From Acidobacteriaceae bacterium (GTDB lineage: Bacteria > Acidobacteriota > Terriglobia > Terriglobales > Acidobacteriaceae): 64,000 nucleotides of DNA. The stretch covers positions 2,806-66,805 of the forward strand of contig DASXFH010000040.1 in NCBI GenBank assembly GCA_036489655.1, in the 5' to 3' direction. Below the pieces are notes generated by a model, which was given only the letters and a program-made list of their open reading frames with translations, searched no databases and had not been told where the DNA came from. This document shows, one piece after another, positions 58,201 through 64,000 of this stretch. Positions within the stretch are counted from its first letter, which is position 1; the number at the start of each line of letters is the position of its first letter. A program made the position numbers and the translations under genes.

Positions 58201-58977
58201 TTACATCGGGCGAACCGGTGTCAAAAGCGCGCGGTTCAGGCGCGTTAGCCGATTCACAATCTTGTAGCGGTCACCCCTATAAGTCGCTTTGACAAACTCC
58301 ACGGGCTGACCGCTCTGGAGGTAGGAGATTCTGGTGAAGTTAAATACCGGGCTCTTCTCGCCAATACGCAACAGACGCGCCTCCTCTCGATTGGCCAGCC
58401 CAACTTCGACCACCTCATCGGCAACGGCCATATGCACGCCGTAGCGCTCAGCAAGAGTCCTGTACAGAGAGGTCCGCGGATCGAAGCTATCCAGAAGATC
58501 GGGGCATATCTGCAATGGCAATGAACTGCATTCGATGCCCATCGGCAGCGTATTCGCCTGACGGACCCGGCGCAGCTCGATCACCTCGTCCCCGCTGCGA
58601 AGCCGCAGAGCCTCCTGAGTTTCCCGGTTTGCCGGACGAACCTCAAACGACAGAACCTGAGAACGGGGCCGCGAGCCTCGTGCTTTCATTTCTTCCGAGA
58701 AAGACAGTACCTGTCGGAAATCCTTCTCCAGCTTGATCCCGGAAATATAAGTGCCTCTGCCCTGCCGGCTGTAGAGCACTCCCAGATCGCAGAGCGATTT
58801 GATTGCCTGTCGGGCCGTCATCGGACTCACGCCCAGCGCTGCAGAGAGCTCCTGCAGCGGAGGAAGCGGTTGCCCCACTGCAAGTTCTCCAGAACGAATT
58901 TGTTTTAGCAGCTGTTCCTGAATCTGGTAGTAAAGCGGCACCACACTGTTTCGGTCGAGATGCTGCAGCTTCCTCAT
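58201..58977 (-). CDS. GntR-family regulator, HutC subfamily (UTRA effector domain)
   Basis: wHTH region VPLYYQIQEQLLKQIRSGELAVGQPLPPLQELSAALGVSPMTARQAIKSL...RQGRGTYI, plus a UTRA-like C-terminus. Start chosen at MRKLQHL (ATG 58977). Confidence 0.85.
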   Translation of the reverse strand: MRKLQHLDRNSVVPLYYQIQEQLLKQIRSGELAVGQPLPPLQELSAALGVSPMTARQAIKSLCDLGVLYSRQGRGTYISGIKLEKDFRQVLSFSEEMKARGSRPRSQVLSFEVRPANRETQEALRLRSGDEVIELRRVRQANTLPMGIECSSLPLQICPDLLDSFDPRTSLYRTLAERYGVHMAVADEVVEVGLANREEARLLRIGEKSPVFNFTRISYLQSGQPVEFVKATYRGDRYKIVNRLTRLNRALLTPVRPM

Positions 58978-59000
58978 GCTCCCTTTCCTTCGCGGGCTTC

Positions 59001-59837
59001 CTAAAGAGCCTTCAACGCCCGTACCCGCTGGCTGGCCGGCGACATCAGGGCCACCCCCTGCCGGCAATGACTCAGGCACCCGCACTCGACAGCACGACTG
59101 GAATAATAGTCGTTGTACCGAAACCCATTCTCACCGCGCCACATGGGAAACTCCCCGCAGGCATTCAAATAGACTCCGAAGACCGGAGAGATATCCAGAA
59201 AAGTATCCGCGGTAAACCCATCGGCATCCTCCCAGTTGTCGGCAAAAAAGAGCTGAGTTACTCCATGAGCCGGCAGTGCACGCGCGACGGTCGCTAATCC
59301 TGCATAGAAAATTGCATTCTGGACGATTTCATAGGATGCGCGGTGGTCTTTGTGCCAGCTTCCTTTCCAGTGAGTGATCACCGTAGTCGGCTTGTACCGG
59401 CGAATGAGATCGCAGACCGCGAAGCTCACCTCGTCGCTCACCGGTAATTGCCCATCCGGATGATCGAGAAACAATGTCTCCGCTCCCATCATCGTTGCCG
59501 CTCTGCGTGCCGCATCGCGCTGCATCGGCCCGTATCGCTCCGGCGGAATCGTTAACGATCCACGTTCCCCCGGAGTCAGACTCAGAAAATAACCCTTTTG
59601 GCCCTGGTGCGTGGCAAGTGCTACCGGTGCGCCCATCGCGAAGAACGCGTCCCCCGGATGCGCCGCAATCGCCATGATGTCCGATGCCACATGTCGGCCA
59701 AAGCCGGATGGATCGCCTCCGGCCTGGCCGGGAAGTTGCCTGGCCGAGAGGGCCGTCCCTCCCCCGGCAGAAAAAGCCGCTGCCGCAGCACCCATCCGGA
59801 TCATCTCGCGTCGTGTCGTTCGCAATGTGTCCGACAT
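59001..59837 (-). CDS. PIG-L/LmbE-family N-acetyl-sugar deacetylase with Tat-type signal
   Basis: Family motifs AIAAHPGDA, PGERGS, FLDHPDGQL and HKDH. The N-terminus has twin-arginine TRREMIRMGAAAAAFSAGGGTALSA. Confidence 0.75.
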   Translation of the reverse strand: MSDTLRTTRREMIRMGAAAAAFSAGGGTALSARQLPGQAGGDPSGFGRHVASDIMAIAAHPGDAFFAMGAPVALATHQGQKGYFLSLTPGERGSLTIPPERYGPMQRDAARRAATMMGAETLFLDHPDGQLPVSDEVSFAVCDLIRRYKPTTVITHWKGSWHKDHRASYEIVQNAIFYAGLATVARALPAHGVTQLFFADNWEDADGFTADTFLDISPVFGVYLNACGEFPMWRGENGFRYNDYYSSRAVECGCLSHCRQGVALMSPASQRVRALKAL

Positions 59838-59901
59838 TCAGCCTCGCCTTCTGCCCGCCCCGGGAAGTCACCCTGACGCTTCAGTCCGGGCGCCAGGGCA
59901 T

Positions 59902-62900
59902 CTAGAACATAAATCGCGCTGCAAACTGGAACTGCCTTGGGGTATTGGCATCGCTGGTAACCTGCCCAAACCCCGACATATTTGCCGACGTCGGTGATGG
60001 ATTCCAGAACACACTCGGATACCCGAGCTGAACGGAGTTAGTCAGATTATAAGAGGATACCTCCAGACGCAGATCCCGGCCCTCTCCCAATCCAAAGTTC
60101 TTATACAGCGACAGATCCAGATCGTGCGCACCGTTCGTTCTGACATGACTCAGCATCCGCGGAGCTGTTCCCGCAACGAATTGGCTGGCCGGCTCCGCAA
60201 AGCATGTCCAGGTGAACCATTGCGCCGCAGTATGCGGGGCCCGATTTCCAGGATCGCATACCTGATCCACACGCTGGTTGAAGTATGGATTGCCGGTGCC
60301 CGCAGGCGCCGCAACCGGAACCCCGCTGCTCAAATAAGCAATGGTGTTGACCGTCCAGCCGCCAAGTGCCTGATTTTGCCAGCCGTGCAGGTTTACATAC
60401 CGGCCGGCACCGAAGGGCAAATCATAGGACACCTGCCAGTTGAACTGGTGAGCAACGTCCTGAGCGCTCAGCGAATGCTCAAGATTCATATCTCTCCAGT
60501 CCTGCACGGAGCCGCCAGAATATCCAACAAAAGAGAGAGGCGCGCTGGCGTCGTTGGTCATCAGCTTGCCCCACGTGAAAGTCGCCAGGGTCGTAAAGTG
60601 ACTCGTCAGGCGCTTCTCCACCTTGGCCTGCAGCGAATCATAATTAGAGCTTCCGGCTGGATATCCGTATACTTCCACGCCGCAATTAATGCCCCCGCAC
60701 GCGAACTGAGGATACGGCTCCACTCCCAGAAATTCTGGCACGGTCGCCTGGCCGGCAAATGCCGTACCCGCCGGATACGCATTCTCCCACTGGTTCGGGA
60801 TGCTGCTGTTCAGCAACGCCCCCTGATATTTTCCTATCACGCTCAGCGGAAGCTGGTTCAGATCCACACCCGCAAGCGGCAGGAACCGCGCCCTGCTGCC
60901 CACGTACCCAATCGCCAGGAGCACTCCGTGCGGAAACTGGCTCTCCGTGCCAAGGTTAAAGTTATAAGTCGTCGGCGTGCGCTGCGAATGCAGCTCCGTT
61001 GCCAGCTCATTCCCCAGGTTCGTCTGCGGACCCAGGGATGAGCCCGTGGGTTGTACCACGCCGCTGGGGAAAGCTTTGCCCAGCGGGTTGACCAGGACGG
61101 TGTTGCCGTTCGCGTTGTACGCCGTGGAATTCCAGAAGGTCGCTGCGAAAAATCCGTCGCTGTTCAGCGCCGAATTGGCCACCATCTGACTGCTTGGGCC
61201 GTAGTGAATCCCGGACCCTCCCCGCAAAACCAGCTGCTTCGTGGCTTGCCAGGCAAAGCTAATCCTCGGCCCGAAATCCTTCATGTTTGTAGTGAACGGG
61301 CTCCGGCTGTGCCCATCCACGCCTGCGAATTCTTCGCCCCCGGTCAACGCGACACCATTCACCATGTACTGAACGTTCGGATCGAAATATTCGAGTCGGT
61401 CGTGGCGGTCTGTGCGGCCCCCGAATATATCCCAGCGCAGCCCCAGGCTGATCGTTAGATTCCGCTTCACCTGCCAGGCGTCCTCCAGATAGGTCGCATA
61501 ATACGGGCTCGCCTCCGCTCCAAAAATATCCTTGGTGAAGTTATCGTACTCGTAACCGGGCGCCGACCCCATCCCGATCAGGAAAGAAGCGTAATCGCTG
61601 CCGTCCCCGGCAAATGTCGTCGAGCTGGTCGCCGTATTGTCGAATTGATACCAGCCGCTCGGTGCAACCGGCTGGCCTTCGTTCATAAACTGCTTTTCAA
61701 TTTCAACCCCCGCGCTGATGACGTGGCGACCCTTATTCGTTGAAAGCGCTGCGATAAAGTCGTAAGGGTTTTCGGCGACATATTGAAATGTCGTCCACGG
61801 ATTCGAACCAAGACTCGTAGTGGTGGCGAAGGACAACATGGGAATATCCTTGTACACCTGCTGTGCTGCAAGCGATGGGGAGAAGCCCAGCTTTGTCATG
61901 TCGAATCCTACCTGTCGCGGATCGCCAGTTTGATTCTCATAATGCCGCGTAAAAGAATAGCGGAACTGCAGCAGAGTGTTCCGGCTCACCGTGTAGTCAT
62001 CGGCCAGCAGAAAGTTTCTGGCGTTTGTCACAATGTGGTAATAGTGCGGATCGTAGATATTCGAACTGCCATAGAGATCCGCATTTGCCAGAAGCAAGCG
62101 GGCGAAAGAGAATCGCCCGTAGATATGCTGCTTTTCCCCTCGATATCCGTCAATACGAATGTCGAATTTCTGTGCATCGTTTGGATCCAGCCCCGATGCG
62201 GAATAGTTATTGACATGATAGGGTCCAACCCCGAGCGCGTTGGGCGTGGGAAACTGCGAGTTGTAAGCCAGCGCAATCGGGTTGAGGTCACCTTTGGGGA
62301 TCATGTTGCCTGCAAACGCCTGCCTCTGCCCGCCGGGCAGATCCGGAAGCAGAGGATTGTAGATCGTAAACGAATCCGCGGAAAAGTCGCCCTTGCGCTC
62401 GTCGGCAGTTGGTACCGTGTAGAAGCCGGTCTGGAGCAAATCCTGCTGCGTCGCCTCGTAGTCGGCAAACAGAAACACCTTGCTGTGCAACAGTGGTCCC
62501 CCAATGGATCCACCCTCCTGATAGCGGTGGAAATCCAGTGGCCGATTAGGAAGTCCGTCGCTCGCCTGAATCTGCTTCTCGAAATAGTCATTGGCGGACA
62601 GAGTGTTCGGCCGGATATACACGAACGCATCCCCATGGAAGTGGTTCGCCCCGGATTTTGTCACCAGACTGATCGCACCCGCCCCGCCGCTTTGATAGCT
62701 CGCCGGCGTGTTCTGTGTCTCCACGCGGTATTCCTGAACATCGTCGAGGGGGATCTGCATGGCGGGAATCTCCGCTCCCAAATTGTTCTCGCCCACCCCG
62801 AGCGGGCTCCCGTCCACCAAAAACTGAACCGATCCGGGAGTGGCGCCGTTAATCGTGTACCCGGCCACGTCTGCCCCCGGTCGCGCATTGAATACTGCCG

Positions 62901-63447
62901 AAGTATCGGAAGCATTGGGGACGCCATTCGTAGGAGCTACACCGGCACTTAGCTGCACCAACTGGTAGACATCCCGCGTGAGCAATGGGACTCGATTAAT
63001 AGTGGCTTCGTCGATCAGCTGGCCGACTGTTGAGTTCGTGGCTTCGATCGGCGCAGACGTGTCGGAGACTGTAACAACTTGGCTGACTGCACCTACTGAC
63101 AGGGTCGCGTTCACCGTAGTGTTCTGGTCGACCGTGACTGTCACATCGCGGTAGACCGACGTCGTGAAACCCTTTTGCGAAAAGCTAAGTACGTAGGCGG
63201 CCGGCGGAAGTGACCTAAAGGAATAAGCCCCCGCGGCGTTCGTGGCCTTCGTGAGGGTCACCCCTGTCGCACTGCTTTGTGCCGTCACCGTTGCTTCTCG
63301 AATCGCAGCTCCCGATGAATCCGTCACCGTTCCGCTGAGAGCGCCGTTTCCGGCCTGACCGAACATCGTGCAGGTGACAGCAGCCAGAAACAGGCATATC
63401 CACAGATGCCTTCCAGGAAACCCCCTCGTTATATCGCCGGCGTCCAC
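59902..63447 (-). CDS. TonB-dependent receptor with N-terminal carboxypeptidase-regulatory-like domain
   Basis: LSGTVTDSSGAAIREATVTAQSSATGVTLTKATNAAGAYSFRSLPPAAYVLSFSQKGF, with a barrel ending in FQFAARFMF. AAGGAGG (63459-63453) lies 5 nt before GTG 63447. The ORF-track ATG 63465 would sit at or upstream of the predicted TSS. Confidence 0.85.
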   Translation of the reverse strand: MDAGDITRGFPGRHLWICLFLAAVTCTMFGQAGNGALSGTVTDSSGAAIREATVTAQSSATGVTLTKATNAAGAYSFRSLPPAAYVLSFSQKGFTTSVYRDVTVTVDQNTTVNATLSVGAVSQVVTVSDTSAPIEATNSTVGQLIDEATINRVPLLTRDVYQLVQLSAGVAPTNGVPNASDTSAVFNARPGADVAGYTINGATPGSVQFLVDGSPLGVGENNLGAEIPAMQIPLDDVQEYRVETQNTPASYQSGGAGAISLVTKSGANHFHGDAFVYIRPNTLSANDYFEKQIQASDGLPNRPLDFHRYQEGGSIGGPLLHSKVFLFADYEATQQDLLQTGFYTVPTADERKGDFSADSFTIYNPLLPDLPGGQRQAFAGNMIPKGDLNPIALAYNSQFPTPNALGVGPYHVNNYSASGLDPNDAQKFDIRIDGYRGEKQHIYGRFSFARLLLANADLYGSSNIYDPHYYHIVTNARNFLLADDYTVSRNTLLQFRYSFTRHYENQTGDPRQVGFDMTKLGFSPSLAAQQVYKDIPMLSFATTTSLGSNPWTTFQYVAENPYDFIAALSTNKGRHVISAGVEIEKQFMNEGQPVAPSGWYQFDNTATSSTTFAGDGSDYASFLIGMGSAPGYEYDNFTKDIFGAEASPYYATYLEDAWQVKRNLTISLGLRWDIFGGRTDRHDRLEYFDPNVQYMVNGVALTGGEEFAGVDGHSRSPFTTNMKDFGPRISFAWQATKQLVLRGGSGIHYGPSSQMVANSALNSDGFFAATFWNSTAYNANGNTVLVNPLGKAFPSGVVQPTGSSLGPQTNLGNELATELHSQRTPTTYNFNLGTESQFPHGVLLAIGYVGSRARFLPLAGVDLNQLPLSVIGKYQGALLNSSIPNQWENAYPAGTAFAGQATVPEFLGVEPYPQFACGGINCGVEVYGYPAGSSNYDSLQAKVEKRLTSHFTTLATFTWGKLMTNDASAPLSFVGYSGGSVQDWRDMNLEHSLSAQDVAHQFNWQVSYDLPFGAGRYVNLHGWQNQALGGWTVNTIAYLSSGVPVAAPAGTGNPYFNQRVDQVCDPGNRAPHTAAQWFTWTCFAEPASQFVAGTAPRMLSHVRTNGAHDLDLSLYKNFGLGEGRDLRLEVSSYNLTNSVQLGYPSVFWNPSPTSANMSGFGQVTSDANTPRQFQFAARFMF

Positions 63448-63473
63448 ACGCGCCTCCTTTCTCATGGATTGTC

Positions 63474-63522
63474 TTTATACGAGCGAGCAAGCGAACCTGT
63501 CAAGTAGTCTTCTAGAAGACTA
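63474..63522 (-). promoter_or_regulatory. Canonical promoter (TTGACA-18-TATAAA) abutted by a perfect 18-bp palindrome (candidate GntR/HutC operator)
   Basis: On the minus strand: TAGTCTTCTAGAAGACTA at 63522-63505, one nt, TTGACA at 63503-63498, an 18-nt spacer, and TATAAA at 63479-63474. RBS and GTG 63447 follow. Confidence 0.55.
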
Positions 63523-64000
63523 GAACGTTAAAGAAAAAGGGAACTGTAAATATGGCGAATCGCTCAACGGTTTCACGCGGGGCCGCGGACGCCGCTCGAT
63601 GCCTGGTGCTATCGGCGGCAATCCGCGAAAGCAATATCGCATGGCGGTGAATGCGAACTGTACTGGACCCCCAACCCTGGGCGATATCAGCGGGCCTGCG
63701 TCTATCGGAGGAGAAGCGTGGGGCAGCAGCCTGACTGAGTCGGGCAGTTGACCACCCCATTCTCGATATCCGCGGATGCTTTCGCAGGGGCGAGTATTTC
63801 TCAGCCGCCCTTCGCTCATGGTGTTTGCAGGAGGGGACGGCGTTTTGAGGATGGGAGCACAAACTGACTTACGCCTGGAGCACCGGCCTTCCATTTGCGG
63901 TCACGACTCCAACCGCGCGAAATGTCGTACCCGGGACTGGAGACTGGCGTCTCCGGCACGAGGGTTTAGGGCAGGCCACGACAGATCTCCGGGTAGGCTG

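Noticed and set aside
63523-64000. ORFs 63512..63862 and 63520..63894 (minus strand), plus an open minus-strand frame entering from the right edge and ending near 63901.
   Set aside because: The listed ORFs have no motifs and unconvincing composition. The edge fragment is about 33 codons, too short to identify.
1-64000. tRNA, rRNA, CRISPR arrays, IS elements/transposases, integrases and toxin-antitoxin or defence genes.
   Set aside because: I inspected the intergenic regions by eye for cloverleaf-like, repeat-spacer or terminal-inverted-repeat patterns and checked ORF translations for nuclease, ATPase and recombinase motifs. None was recognised. A tRNAscan/Infernal/defence-finder run would be the definitive check.

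Overview
High-GC, densely packed bacterial chromosomal window with about 50 protein genes. Many gene pairs are joined by 4-nt ATGA/GTGA stop-start overlaps. The gene content points to Acidobacteriota (inference): three CarboxypepD_reg-type TonB-dependent receptors without SusD partners, a PadR plus ADOP (acidobacterial duplicated orphan permease) pair, and ASPIC/UnbV, TPR and beta-propeller exoproteins.

Gene layout, left to right:
- hoxE-F-U-Y on the minus strand (soluble NAD-linked [NiFe] hydrogenase; hoxY runs off the left edge).
- An ECF41-type sigma factor with DoxX, divergent from a CMD/AhpD-like gene.
- Housekeeping genes: maf, an M20 peptidase and lpxC.
- A tightly coupled minus-strand block at 10.5-20.2 kb. 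It runs DAHP synthase, TolB-like haem protein, ASPIC/UnbV, YVTN-propeller/di-haem peroxidase, Reg_prop propeller, RidA-like, orphan binding protein. A TPR protein and a TonB-dependent receptor lie upstream.
- A K+ channel, then PadR-ADOP.
- A carbohydrate-active patch: a CE15-like esterase, an arylsulfotransferase-like lipoprotein and a multiply frameshifted pseudogene.
- A CitE-like lyase with a family III CoA-transferase.
- An esterase and an MFS transporter, followed by a seven-gene Mrp/Mbh-type membrane module (E-F-G-MbhD-B-C-D).
- A TonB receptor, cutC and a DeoR regulator, then a UPF0182 protein.
- A TonB-receptor-led amino-sugar locus: PIG-L deacetylase, GntR/HutC, SIS, exported GH42-like, ROK kinase, MFS.

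I recognised no rRNA, tRNA, CRISPR, transposase, integrase or phage genes.

Best-supported regulatory observations:
- Two exact ECF41 promoter motifs placed face to face.
- A perfect 18-bp dre-like palindrome next to a canonical promoter.

The best candidate for an undescribed system is the 10.5-20.2 kb exoprotein/haem operon. Its function cannot be assigned from sequence alone.
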